Positions 39,818 through 49,082 of a DNA stretch of 64,000 nucleotides are shown piece by piece. The notes under the pieces are model-generated. The model made no database searches. It was not told where the DNA came from and saw nothing but the letters and a program-made list of their open reading frames with translations. Source of the DNA: an uncultured beta proteobacterium (GTDB lineage Bacteria; Pseudomonadota; Gammaproteobacteria; Burkholderiales; Burkholderiaceae_C); assembly GCA_963708545.1 (NCBI GenBank), contig CAVPUD010000060.1, positions 3,844 through 67,843 of the forward strand. Direction: 5' to 3'. The translations under genes and the position numbers were made by a program. Positions within the stretch are counted from its first letter, which is position 1. The number at the start of each line of letters is the position of its first letter.

Positions 39818-39871
39818 ATTTTGGCCTCTAGCGCACATCCAGAAAGCGCTTTCAGCTATTAATACAGCAGC
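39818..39871 (+). repeat. 54-bp dispersed motif copy between convergent ffh and lysE-like genes
   Basis: attttggcc-tctagcgcacatccag-aaagcgctttc-a-gctat taataca gcagc. Confidence 0.88.
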
Positions 39872-39889
39872 AAAAGCCGGGTGGAACAC

Positions 39890-40510
39890 TCAGCGCGTGA
39901 GCGGCAAGGCCAGCCCCATGGCCGCAAACAGGCCGCCGCAGACGCGGTTGAAGCGCCGGCCCATGCGCTCGAGCGCCGGGCGGATCAGGTGCGCAAGCCG
40001 CGCGAGCAAAAACTCCACGCAGCACTCGGTGAGCATGAAGGTGCCGGCCATCACCACGAACTGCAGCCACAGGCTGCGCGCCGGGTCGATGAACTGGGGC
40101 AGGAAGGCGCCGTAAAAAAGCAGCGCCTTGGGGTTGGACACGGCGGCGAACAGCCCTTGGCGAAACAGCTGTGCGCGGCGCGGGGGGCGCAGGAGGTGTG
40201 CCTCGTCCGCGGCCTGCAACTGCAGCGGCGGCGCGCGCCACAGTTGAACCCCTAGCCACACGAGATAAGCCCCGCCCGCCCACTTGAGCACCGTGAGGGC
40301 GTGCGACGAGGCCTGCAGCAGCGCGCCTATGCCCAGCATGGACAGGGCGATCAGCGCGACGAAACCGAGCGCGCCGCCGGCGATCGTGAACAGCGTGCGC
40401 CGGTGCCCATGCAGGGCGCCGTGCGTGAGCGCAAGCAGGCTGTTGGGGCCGGGCGTGAGCGACAGGCCCACGGCGGCAAGCAGATAGATCCACCAGGTAT
40501 GCCAACTCAT
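39890..40510 (-). CDS. LysE/RhtB family translocator
   Basis: SLTPGPN, LKWAGGAYLVWLG, NPKALLF. Confidence 0.92.
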   Translation of the reverse strand: MSWHTWWIYLLAAVGLSLTPGPNSLLALTHGALHGHRRTLFTIAGGALGFVALIALSMLGIGALLQASSHALTVLKWAGGAYLVWLGVQLWRAPPLQLQAADEAHLLRPPRRAQLFRQGLFAAVSNPKALLFYGAFLPQFIDPARSLWLQFVVMAGTFMLTECCVEFLLARLAHLIRPALERMGRRFNRVCGGLFAAMGLALPLTR

Positions 40511-40646
40511 AGCAAATGGAATGCGGTCGCTGCAAAGCAAAACCCCGAGTGTGCCGCAGGAGGGGCGGCATCGGGGCGTGCGGGGCGTGCGGGCCGGCAC
40601 AATCCGTACCTTCTGGGCATTTCCCCCACTCCCGACCGCCCCTGAC

Positions 40647-41081
40647 ATGGCCCGATTCGAAGCGCGCTCCTTCCTTTTTTACATGCTGGCGGCCCTGGCG
40701 CTGCCGGGGCTGTCGTACCGCGCTTACGGTTGGCGTGGCGTGGCCATCGCCGCGGCCGCCGTCGTGATGTGGCTGCTGCTGCACTTCACGCGCCTCATGA
40801 CCGTGTTGCGGCGCGCGGCAGAGCGCCCCGTGGGCTACGTGGACAGCGCCGTGATGCTGCATGCGCGCCTGCGCCCGGGCCTGGCGCTGCTCGACGTGCT
40901 CGCGCTCGCGCGTGCGCTCGGCGCCAGGCAATCCGCCGACGGCGCGGAGCCCGAGGTCTTTCGCTGGACGGATGCGGCGGGCGCGTACGTCGAAGCGCAT
41001 TTCCGTGCGGGCCGGCTCGTGCAGTGGCAGCTCGTGCGCGCGCCCGAGTCTGCAGTGCATGAGGCCGGCGCCGTAAAATGA
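40647..41081 (+). CDS. Conserved hypothetical membrane protein
   Basis: Hydrophobic N-terminus, PVGYVDSAVMLHARLRPG, FRWTD. Confidence 0.75.
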   Translation: MARFEARSFLFYMLAALALPGLSYRAYGWRGVAIAAAAVVMWLLLHFTRLMTVLRRAAERPVGYVDSAVMLHARLRPGLALLDVLALARALGARQSADGAEPEVFRWTDAAGAYVEAHFRAGRLVQWQLVRAPESAVHEAGAVK

Positions 41082-41143
41082 AATTTTGCCCAAGCAGCCA
41101 CGCCTGCTTGGTTTCTCTTTACTGACACACCAAAGGAGGTTCC

Positions 41144-42082
41144 ATGAGCCCCGTAGTTCCCTCGATGGCCGACCGTGACGGCAAAATCTGGATGGACGGC
41201 CAGATGGTCGATTGGCGCGACGCCAAAGTCCACGTACTGACGCACACGCTGCACTACGGCTGCGGTGCCTTCGAAGGGGTGCGGGCCTACCACACCGTGA
41301 ATGGCACGGCGATTTTCCGCTTACAAGAACACACCGAGCGCCTGTTCAATAGCGCCAAAATCTTGCGCATGAAGATTCCCTTCAGCCAGGAGCAGGTCAA
41401 CGAGGCGCAGCGTGCCGTGGTGCGCGAAAACAAGCTCGACGCTTGTTACCTGCGCCCGCTGGTGTGGATAGGCGACAAAAAGCTCGGCGTCTCGCCCAAG
41501 GGCAACACCATCCACGTCATGGTTGCGGCCTGGGCCTGGGGTGCCTACCTCGGTGAAGACGGCATCACCAAAGGCATACGCGTCAAGACCAGCAGCTACA
41601 CGCGCCACCACGTCAACATCACCATGACGCAGGCCAAGTCGGTGAGCAATTACACCAACTCCATCCTCGCCAACATGGAGGCCACGGATGACGGCTACGA
41701 CGAGGCGCTGCTGCTCGACGCAGCGGGCTTCGTCTCCGAAGGCTCGGGCGAGAACGTGTTCATCGTGAAGAACGGTGTGGTCTATACGCCCGACCTCTCG
41801 GCCGGCTCGCTCAACGGCGTCACGCGCAACACCGTGCTGCACATCTGCAAGGACCTTGGTATCGACGTGGTGCAAAAACGCATCACGCGTGACGAGGTGT
41901 ATATCTCGGATGAGGCCTTCTTTTCGGGCACTGCGGCCGAGATCACGCCGATCCGCGAGCTCGACCGCATCGAAATCGGCAGCGGCCAGCGCGGCCCGGT
42001 CACCGAGAATATCCAGAATGCGTTCTTCGACATCGTGAACGGACGCAACCCCAAATACGCCCACTGGCTGACCAAGGTGTGA
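41144..42082 (+). CDS. ilvE: Branched-chain amino acid aminotransferase
   Basis: LHYGCGAFEG, SEGSGEN, LNGVTR, SGTAAEITP. Confidence 0.97.
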   Translation: MSPVVPSMADRDGKIWMDGQMVDWRDAKVHVLTHTLHYGCGAFEGVRAYHTVNGTAIFRLQEHTERLFNSAKILRMKIPFSQEQVNEAQRAVVRENKLDACYLRPLVWIGDKKLGVSPKGNTIHVMVAAWAWGAYLGEDGITKGIRVKTSSYTRHHVNITMTQAKSVSNYTNSILANMEATDDGYDEALLLDAAGFVSEGSGENVFIVKNGVVYTPDLSAGSLNGVTRNTVLHICKDLGIDVVQKRITRDEVYISDEAFFSGTAAEITPIRELDRIEIGSGQRGPVTENIQNAFFDIVNGRNPKYAHWLTKV

Positions 42083-42084
42083 GC

Positions 42085-42291
42085 ATGTCGCAAGCCGTCG
42101 TCGAATTGCAGGCCAAAGACCTGAGCGCCCAAGGCGAGGTGTATTGCCCCCACCCCAAGGCGGGCATGCAGCTGTGGAGCGGCCACCCGCGCGTGTACCT
42201 CGACGTGGCGCACACGGGCGAGGCCAAGTGCCCTTATTGCGGCACGGTGTACCGCCTCAAGGCGGGCGAGAAAGTCGCGCACGGGCATTGA
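42085..42291 (+). CDS. Zinc-finger (zf-CHCC) protein
   Basis: YCP...W..HPRVYL...CPYCG. Confidence 0.9.
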   Translation: MSQAVVELQAKDLSAQGEVYCPHPKAGMQLWSGHPRVYLDVAHTGEAKCPYCGTVYRLKAGEKVAHGH

Positions 42292-42359
42292 GCCCGTTGC
42301 GCCTTTGCACTGCCCAGGCCGTAGCCGTATCACTCACTCCCCTACTGCCCTGACATTGG

Positions 42360-43688
42360 ATGGTTTTTTTTCGCTCAACTTTGCCGGGAGCAGTGCAGCA
42401 GCGTGTTTTGGACTTGGCCGCATTTTTGGTGCTTGCGCCTGCGCTGTGGCTGCCTTCGGGCTATTCCATCGGTGCGATCTTGTTGGTGATCCTGGGTCTG
42501 TGGCGCTGGCCGGCAGTGCTGCGCGGTCGGATCGCTCCGAATGCGCCCCTGCGGGCCTGGGCGCTGGCGGTTCTGGCCATGGGACTGGTGTGGTCCATGT
42601 ACCTCATGGAGGGCGGCCGGCTCATGACCAACACTTTGGGGCTGGATCGCAGCAGCAAATACTTTCTGGTGCTGCTGGCGCTGCCAGCCGTGTGGGCGCA
42701 GCGGCCGGCGGGCAGTGCCTTGCGCTGGGGCTGCTGGGTGGGCGCAACGGGCGCTGGCTTGCTCGCCGGCTGGCAGGTGTTGGTGCAGCACCTCGACCGC
42801 GCCGAGGGCCACACCAACGCCATACAGTTCGGCAATCTGGCCCTGTTGCTCGCGCTGTGGAGCAGTATCTGGGCCGTGCAGGCAAGCCGCCTGCACGAAC
42901 GCCTGCTTGGCAGCCTAGCTGCAGTGCTGGGCCTTGCGGCCAGCGTGCTCTCGGGCAGCCGGGGCGGGTGGGTGACGCTGCCCGTGCTGCTGCTGGTGCT
43001 CGTATGGTTCGCCCGCCCGTCAGCGAAGGGCACCAGGGGCCACCGGGGGTTGCGCGCGCTGGGGGCGGCGCTGCTTGCTTGCCTGTTGCTGGCGAGCCTA
43101 CCTCCTGTGCAGCAGCGTGCGCACGAGGCTGCGCAAGAACTGCTGCAGCAGCCCGAGCCCGAAAAGTCCAACACGGCAACCGGTTCCCGGCTCGCTTTCT
43201 GGATGCATGCATGGCGGCTGGGCATGGCGCATCCTTGGCTGGGCGCGGGCCAACTGGGCTATGAGCAAAGCCAGCTTGCGGCCGTCGCGCGCCAGGAGAT
43301 GCCTTCGATGTCCGTGCACTTCAACCATGCGCATAACGAATGGCTGGACATGTTCGCCAAGCGCGGCCTGCTTGGAGTCACCGCTCTGGCGCTGTTCTAC
43401 GCCGTGCCCGGCCTCCTGTGTTGGCGCCGGTTGCGCCGCACGGGGCGCGAACGTCTTGAAAATGCCCATGCTGCAGCCCATGGGTCCGCCATCGACGGCG
43501 AGCGCCATGCCGCCGCCCTGTGTGGCCTGGTCACGGTGCTCGGCTACCTGGGCTTTGGCATGACGCAGGTCATGTTTGCCCACAACAACGGCAACCTGAT
43601 GTACCTGCTGCCCATCACTTTGTGGCTGGCCGTCTGCTGGCCCGTTGCCGGCGCGCCTCGCGCCTTTCGGACTTCCATGCCACGATGA
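42360..43688 (+). CDS. O-antigen ligase (WaaL/Wzy_C) family protein
   Basis: Multiple TMs, SGSRGGW, GSRLAFW, HAHNEWL. Confidence 0.9.
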   Translation: MVFFRSTLPGAVQQRVLDLAAFLVLAPALWLPSGYSIGAILLVILGLWRWPAVLRGRIAPNAPLRAWALAVLAMGLVWSMYLMEGGRLMTNTLGLDRSSKYFLVLLALPAVWAQRPAGSALRWGCWVGATGAGLLAGWQVLVQHLDRAEGHTNAIQFGNLALLLALWSSIWAVQASRLHERLLGSLAAVLGLAASVLSGSRGGWVTLPVLLLVLVWFARPSAKGTRGHRGLRALGAALLACLLLASLPPVQQRAHEAAQELLQQPEPEKSNTATGSRLAFWMHAWRLGMAHPWLGAGQLGYEQSQLAAVARQEMPSMSVHFNHAHNEWLDMFAKRGLLGVTALALFYAVPGLLCWRRLRRTGRERLENAHAAAHGSAIDGERHAAALCGLVTVLGYLGFGMTQVMFAHNNGNLMYLLPITLWLAVCWPVAGAPRAFRTSMPR

Positions 43689-44824
43689 AACACTCCCTGC
43701 CCAGCGATTTCCCCGCAGCGTCCCGCCCGTTGCGCGTGCTGCACTTCGTCTCGGGCGGTTTTTCGGGGGCGACGCAGGTGGCCATAGACCTGTGCGGCGA
43801 GTACCCGGGCCAGGAAACGCTGCTCGTGCTGCGCCGGCGCGCGTCCATAGACCCGACCGAACGTGTGGCAGCGCTGCGCGCCAAAGGGCTGCAGGTCGAG
43901 GTGGTGCCGCGCTGGGCGCACATCGTCACCATTTTGGCGCTGGCGCGCCTGTGCCGCCAGTGGCAGCCGGACGTGCTCGTGGCGCATGGTTTCAGCGAGC
44001 ACCTGTGGGGCCGTTACGCGGGCTTGCTCGCCGGCGTGCCTCAGCTCATCCACGTGGAGCACAACGTGCGCGAGCGCTACCGCCTGGGGCGGCTGCGCCA
44101 GTCGCTGTGGCTGGCGCAGCGCACCGCCTGCATCGTGGGCGTTTCGCAGGCCGTGCGCGATGAACTGGTGCGCCTGGGCCACCCAGCAGAGCGCTGCGTC
44201 GCAATCCTCAACGGCATCGACCTGAACCGCTTTCCGCCCGGCCTGCCATGGGCGCAGCGCGAGGACGCGATCGTCATGCCGGCGCGCTTTGCGCAGCAAA
44301 AAGACCACACCACCTTGATCCGCGCCACCGCGCTGCTGGCACAAAAGGGCCTGCGTCCCACGGTGTACCTGGCCGGCGAGGGCAAGGCGAGCTGGCGCAG
44401 CAAGGCGCAGGCCCTCGCGCGCGCGCTGGGGGTGGATGCGCAGGTGCGCTTTCTGGGCCATGTGGCCGACTTGCCTGCGCTGCTGGCGCGGGTCAAGCTG
44501 TGCGTGCTCTCCACCCATTACGAGGGCTTGGGGCTGGGTTTGATCGAGGGCATGGCATCGGGCTGCTGCGGCATAGGCTCGGACGTGGAGGGCGTGCGCG
44601 AAGTGCTCACGCACGGCGAAACAGGCTTTCTCGTGCCGCATGCCGACGCGCAGGCGCTGGCGCAGACGCTGTACGCAGCGCTGCGTGACAACGAGGGCAC
44701 GGCGCGCATCGCCGCCGCCGGCCAGGCCCACGCGCGCGCCACGTTCGATCGCCAGCGCATGCGCCAGCAGTACCTGGACCTGTTCATTCGCGTGGGCAAA
44801 GGGCAGGGCGCGCCGGCGGCTTGA
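43685..44824 (+). CDS. Glycosyltransferase family 4
   Basis: PARFAQQKDH, EGLGLGLIEGMASG GT-B motif. Confidence 0.92.
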   Translation: MKHSLPSDFPAASRPLRVLHFVSGGFSGATQVAIDLCGEYPGQETLLVLRRRASIDPTERVAALRAKGLQVEVVPRWAHIVTILALARLCRQWQPDVLVAHGFSEHLWGRYAGLLAGVPQLIHVEHNVRERYRLGRLRQSLWLAQRTACIVGVSQAVRDELVRLGHPAERCVAILNGIDLNRFPPGLPWAQREDAIVMPARFAQQKDHTTLIRATALLAQKGLRPTVYLAGEGKASWRSKAQALARALGVDAQVRFLGHVADLPALLARVKLCVLSTHYEGLGLGLIEGMASGCCGIGSDVEGVREVLTHGETGFLVPHADAQALAQTLYAALRDNEGTARIAAAGQAHARATFDRQRMRQQYLDLFIRVGKGQGAPAA

Positions 44825-44839
44825 CTCTGCGCGCCCCGC

Positions 44840-45814
44840 TCAGGTACCCGTGGTGGCCCGCTGCCAGACGCTGCCTGGCGCGGCGCCGCCGTGGCCTTGC
44901 AGCAGCTTGGCAAAGTGCCGCCGCTCGCCGCCGCGCAGCTTGATCAAGGGGGCAGGATGCGGCTCTGCGGGCACCAGGCACAGCCGCGGGTAGAGCAAAT
45001 ACCACTTCCACCACACGGCCTGCTGGTAGAAAAACGCCGTGTCCTCGGCACGCAGCAAAGCCAGCCGAAAGCCGTTGGGGCGGCGCAGCACCTGTTGCGC
45101 TGCGACGTGGATGAGCAAATAGGCCGGGTCGGTGATGCCCTGCAGCACCTGGCTGCCCCCGGCCTGCGCCTGCAAGGCCTGCAAATAGCGCTGCTCGCCC
45201 TCTTCGATCAGCGCGCGGTGGAATTCCTGCTGCCACGCGGTCATGAAGGGCGCCCCCGCTGGTGCACCGAAGGCCCAGCTTTCGATGATGGGGTAGCGCA
45301 AGTCCGTGGTGTAGCCGTCGATGTAAAAGCCGACGAATTCCGCGCCCTGGGTCTGGCGCAGGCCATCGAGCCAGGCGAGCGACTGCGTGAGCAAAGTGCT
45401 CGCGTCCAGCCAATAGCCGCCGAATTTGTGCACCACATAAAGCCGCAGCCAGTCCGCCTGCTTGGCGGCAGGCAGCGCCGCAAACGCGGGCGGCAAGTCC
45501 CCCGCGGCAACCACGTCGCCCAGCGTGTGCGCGTGGATCACCTGCACGTCCAGGCCTGGGCAATGGCGCCGCCAGTTCGCTATGCACTGCTGCACCACGG
45601 GGTCGAGCGTGGCGCAGTGCCAGTAGGTCCAGATGCGAGCCGGGATGGGTGTCCGGGTGTTTGCAGTGGCGGCGGGCGCCACGGGCTGTGCCGGCGTGCC
45701 CGTAAACACCTGGACACGCGGCGTTCCGGGATAGGAAAGAGTGTCGCGTGGCTTGCGCGAACTCAGCCATTGGTAGGCTAGGCGAAAAACGCCCGGCGGT
45801 AGTTGCAGGTGCAT
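44840..45814 (-). CDS. Capsular polysaccharide synthesis / DXD sugar-binding glycosyltransferase (GT32-like)
   Basis: IPARIWTYW, ADWLRLYVVHKFGGYWLDAS; start uncertain (45814, 45841 or 45910). Confidence 0.85.
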   Translation of the reverse strand: MHLQLPPGVFRLAYQWLSSRKPRDTLSYPGTPRVQVFTGTPAQPVAPAATANTRTPIPARIWTYWHCATLDPVVQQCIANWRRHCPGLDVQVIHAHTLGDVVAAGDLPPAFAALPAAKQADWLRLYVVHKFGGYWLDASTLLTQSLAWLDGLRQTQGAEFVGFYIDGYTTDLRYPIIESWAFGAPAGAPFMTAWQQEFHRALIEEGEQRYLQALQAQAGGSQVLQGITDPAYLLIHVAAQQVLRRPNGFRLALLRAEDTAFFYQQAVWWKWYLLYPRLCLVPAEPHPAPLIKLRGGERRHFAKLLQGHGGAAPGSVWQRATTGT

Positions 45815-45913
45815 GACCCCAGATTGTCCATGAGGCAGCATGAAAGAGCGGTGGGATACGGGCGGACAGAGTGGCGCGGCGCATGCTGCAAACCCGGCTG
45901 GGCCTAGCATGAT

Positions 45914-46150
45914 CCTAAATCCGGCAGTTGACCGCTACATTTTGTATGCAACTCTTTGATTCTTCGAATGATTTTTCACTCTGCGAGACTCACCCATCGG
46001 GTCAGAGCGCTGCGCGCCCGATCGCGCCGCCCTCGGGCACGCAGGCCGCGTTGCAAATCCTCGCCATGGCGCCCGCCATGGCTGCGGTTTGCGCCTTGCC
46101 AGTGCACCCGATGACGACACGCTCGGGCGCGCTCAACTGCCGGATTTAGG
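45914..46150 (+). mobile_element. MITE copy 4 (237 bp)
   Basis: Perfect TIRs; perfect TSD ATGAT at 45909-45913 and 46151-46155. Confidence 0.95.
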
Positions 46151-46320
46151 ATGATAAACAGGCCTCGTCCCCTGGCCGGGCAGACCGTGCCGCTGCCGTG
46201 ACGGCGGCCAGCGCGCACGCTACGCCGGCAATGATCGGATAGGATGCAAGCTGGGCCGGCGCGCAATGCCACGGCGCTCTGGTTCCCCCCTCTTTCCAAC
46301 GACTTCAGGAGACGCCCCCC

Positions 46321-47307
46321 ATGCCTTTCCAAACGCGCATCACCGACATGCTCGGCATCGAACACCCCATCGTGCAAGGCGGTATGCAAAACGTCGGTGT
46401 GGCCGAGCTCGCGTCGGCTGTGTCCAACGCCGGCGGGCTCGGCATTTTGACGGCGCTGACGCAGCCCACACCGCAGGCGCTGCGCGAGGAGATCGCGCGT
46501 TGCCGCAGCATGACGGACAAGCCCTTCGGCGTGAACCTGACGGTGTTCCCGACGATCAACCCGCCCGACTACAAGGCCTACGTGCAGGCCATCCTCGACG
46601 GCGGCGTGCGCGTCGTCGAAACTGCGGGCACGCAGGCGGTGCGTGAGATATGGGAGATGCTCAAGCCGCACGGCGTGCGCATCATCCACAAGTGCACCGC
46701 GGTGCGCCACGCGCTGTCGGCCGAAAAAGCCGGCTGCGACATCATCTCTATCGACGGCTTCGAGTGCGCGGGCCACCCGGGCGAGGACGACATTCCGGGC
46801 CTGATTTTGATCCCCTGCGCGGCCGACAAGGTGAAGATTCCGCTGCTTGCCTCGGGCGGCTTTGCCGACGGCCGCGGGCTCATCGCGGCGCTTGCGCTGG
46901 GCGCCGAGGGCATCAACATGGGCACGCGCTTTTGCGCCACGCAAGAGGCCAAAATCCACCCGCGCGTCAAGCAGGCCTACCTCGAAAACGACGAACGCGG
47001 CAGCCTGCTCATTTTCCGCAGCCTCAAGAACACCGCGCGCGTGGGCCGCAGCCCCGTCTCCGAAGAGGTGGCGCGGCGCCTGAGCGAACCCGGTGCGAAG
47101 TTCGAGGACGTGCGCGAGCTCGTCTCGGGCAAGGCGGGCAAGGAGTTGCTGGAGACCGGAGACATTTCCAAGGGCGTGTTCTGGGCCGGCATGGTGCAGG
47201 GCCTGATCCACGACATCCCGACCTGCGCGGAGCTCGTCAGCCGCATCATCCGCGAAGCCGAAGAGGTCATGGACCGGCGCCTGGCGGGCTTTCGCCGCGC
47301 GGGCTGA
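46321..47307 (+). CDS. Nitronate monooxygenase / enoyl-ACP reductase II-like flavoprotein
   Basis: HPIVQGGM, ECAGHPG, LASGGFADGRG, MGTRF. Confidence 0.9.
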   Translation: MPFQTRITDMLGIEHPIVQGGMQNVGVAELASAVSNAGGLGILTALTQPTPQALREEIARCRSMTDKPFGVNLTVFPTINPPDYKAYVQAILDGGVRVVETAGTQAVREIWEMLKPHGVRIIHKCTAVRHALSAEKAGCDIISIDGFECAGHPGEDDIPGLILIPCAADKVKIPLLASGGFADGRGLIAALALGAEGINMGTRFCATQEAKIHPRVKQAYLENDERGSLLIFRSLKNTARVGRSPVSEEVARRLSEPGAKFEDVRELVSGKAGKELLETGDISKGVFWAGMVQGLIHDIPTCAELVSRIIREAEEVMDRRLAGFRRAG

Positions 47308-47327
47308 GGCTGCTCCGGCAAGGGCGG

Positions 47328-48125
47328 CTATTGCACCAGCCCGAGCGCGCCGCCGTCTATGCGCAGGTTCTGGCCGTTGATGAAGGCGGCGCGCGTGCTC
47401 GCGACGAAGCACACCAGGTCGGCCACCTCCTCGCGCGTGGCGATGCGGCCCACGGGGTTGGGAAAGCGCTGCGCGACGATGCGCGCCTCTATGCTCGCCC
47501 AGTCGCCCTCCCCGTCCTCCCAGCCCGCGCGGCGCGCCTTGGCGTGGAAGGCGGCCTCGACTTCGGGCGTGCGGATGTAGCCCGGCGACACCGTGTTCAC
47601 GGTGATGCCGGTGTTCGCAAGCTCCTGCGACAGCGTCACGGCGATGCTCGCGAGCGCGCTCTTGGCCGCGTAGTAGGCCGGGCGCAGCGGATTGGGCTGG
47701 GTCGAACCTATGGTGCCGAGCTGGATCACGCGCCCCCAGCCGCGGCTGCGCATCTGCGGCGTGAGCAGGCGGATCAGGCGCACCGCGCCCAGCAGGTTCT
47801 TCTGGTACATGTCGAGCCAGACGGCGGTCTCGGCCTCATCCCAGCGCGCGTCCGCGGCCGTGCCGTAGTTGTTCACCAGGATGTCCACGCGCCCCGCGGC
47901 AGCCAGCGCCTGCTGCGCCACCTGCGCGGCGCCCGCGTCGCTGCACAGATCGCCCCAGACGCTGTGCTGCACGCCCTGCACGCGCAGAGGCTCGGCGCTG
48001 CCTTGCGCAAAGCCATGCGCGATCACGGTCGCGCCTTCTTCGGCGAGGCGCTGCGCGATCACGCTGCCGGTGCCGCGCTCGCTGCCCGTGACCAGCGCCA
48101 CCTTGCCCTGGAGCCCGAGGTCCAT
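47328..48125 (-). CDS. SDR family oxidoreductase
   Basis: TGSERGTG, DILVNNYG, YYAAK, VNTVSPG. Confidence 0.92.
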   Translation of the reverse strand: MDLGLQGKVALVTGSERGTGSVIAQRLAEEGATVIAHGFAQGSAEPLRVQGVQHSVWGDLCSDAGAAQVAQQALAAAGRVDILVNNYGTAADARWDEAETAVWLDMYQKNLLGAVRLIRLLTPQMRSRGWGRVIQLGTIGSTQPNPLRPAYYAAKSALASIAVTLSQELANTGITVNTVSPGYIRTPEVEAAFHAKARRAGWEDGEGDWASIEARIVAQRFPNPVGRIATREEVADLVCFVASTRAAFINGQNLRIDGGALGLVQ

Positions 48126-48167
48126 GCTTGTCTCCTGTGCCGTGCGCTTGCGGCGCCCACCAAAAAT

Positions 48168-48221
48168 GCTATGTTAAATATAGCTTCTTATGCTTGATGG
48201 ACGGGCACAAATGCCCATTTT
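48168..48221 (-). repeat. 54-bp dispersed motif copy (intergenic)
   Basis: Reverse complement aaaatgggc-atttgtgcccgtccat-caagcataaga-a-gctat atttaac atagc. Confidence 0.88.
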
Positions 48222-48240
48222 TGCCTTTGAAGTCTATAGT

Positions 48241-49020
48241 TCAGCGGTTCTTGAACTCGGGCTTGCGCTTGTTCAGGAAGGCGTCCATGCCTTCCTTCTG
48301 GTCTTCGGTGGCGAACAGGCCGTGGAACAGGCGGCGCTCGAACATCAGGCCGTCGCTGAGCGAGCTTTCAAACGCGCGGTTCACGGATTCCTTGGCGGCC
48401 ATGGCGGCGACTTGCGAGAGGTCGGCGACGATGAGTGCCGCGCCCAGCGCTTCTTCCATCAGCTTGTCCAGCGGCACGACGCGGCTCACCAAGCCTGCGC
48501 GCTCGGCCTCGGTGGCATCCATCATGCGGCCCGTGAGCACCATGTCCATGGTCTTGGACTTGCCCACGGCGCGCGGCAGGCGCTGCGTGCCGCCCGCACC
48601 GGGAATCACGCCGAGCTTGATCTCGGGCTGGCCGAACTTGGCGTTGTCGGCCGCGATGATGAAGTCGCACATCATCGCGAGCTCGCAGCCGCCGCCGAGC
48701 GCAAAGCCGCTCACCGCGCCGATCACGGGCTTGCGCACGCTGCGGATGGTTTCCCAGTTGCGTGTGATGAAGTCGCCCTTGTAGGCATCGACGAAGCTGT
48801 ATTTGGCCATGCTGGGGATGTCGGCGCCCGCGGCAAAGGCTTTTTCGCTGCCCGTGAGGATGATGCAGCCGATTTTGTCGTCCGCGTCGAAGGCCTTGAG
48901 CGCGTGGCCCAGCTCGTCCATGAGCTGGTCGCTGAGCGCGTTGAGCTGTTTGGGGCGGTTCAGCGCGATGATGCCGACCTTGTCGGCCTCGGTGCGCACG
49001 AGGAGGGTTTCGTAGTTCAT
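48241..49020 (-). CDS. Enoyl-CoA hydratase
   Basis: [35 protein letters not shown]. Confidence 0.95.
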   Translation of the reverse strand: MNYETLLVRTEADKVGIIALNRPKQLNALSDQLMDELGHALKAFDADDKIGCIILTGSEKAFAAGADIPSMAKYSFVDAYKGDFITRNWETIRSVRKPVIGAVSGFALGGGCELAMMCDFIIAADNAKFGQPEIKLGVIPGAGGTQRLPRAVGKSKTMDMVLTGRMMDATEAERAGLVSRVVPLDKLMEEALGAALIVADLSQVAAMAAKESVNRAFESSLSDGLMFERRLFHGLFATEDQKEGMDAFLNKRKPEFKNR

Positions 49021-49082
49021 GGGGACTCCTTTGTGTTCCGGGAAAGAGGGAAGAAAGGGACGAGGAAGATGGTCACGCCCAA

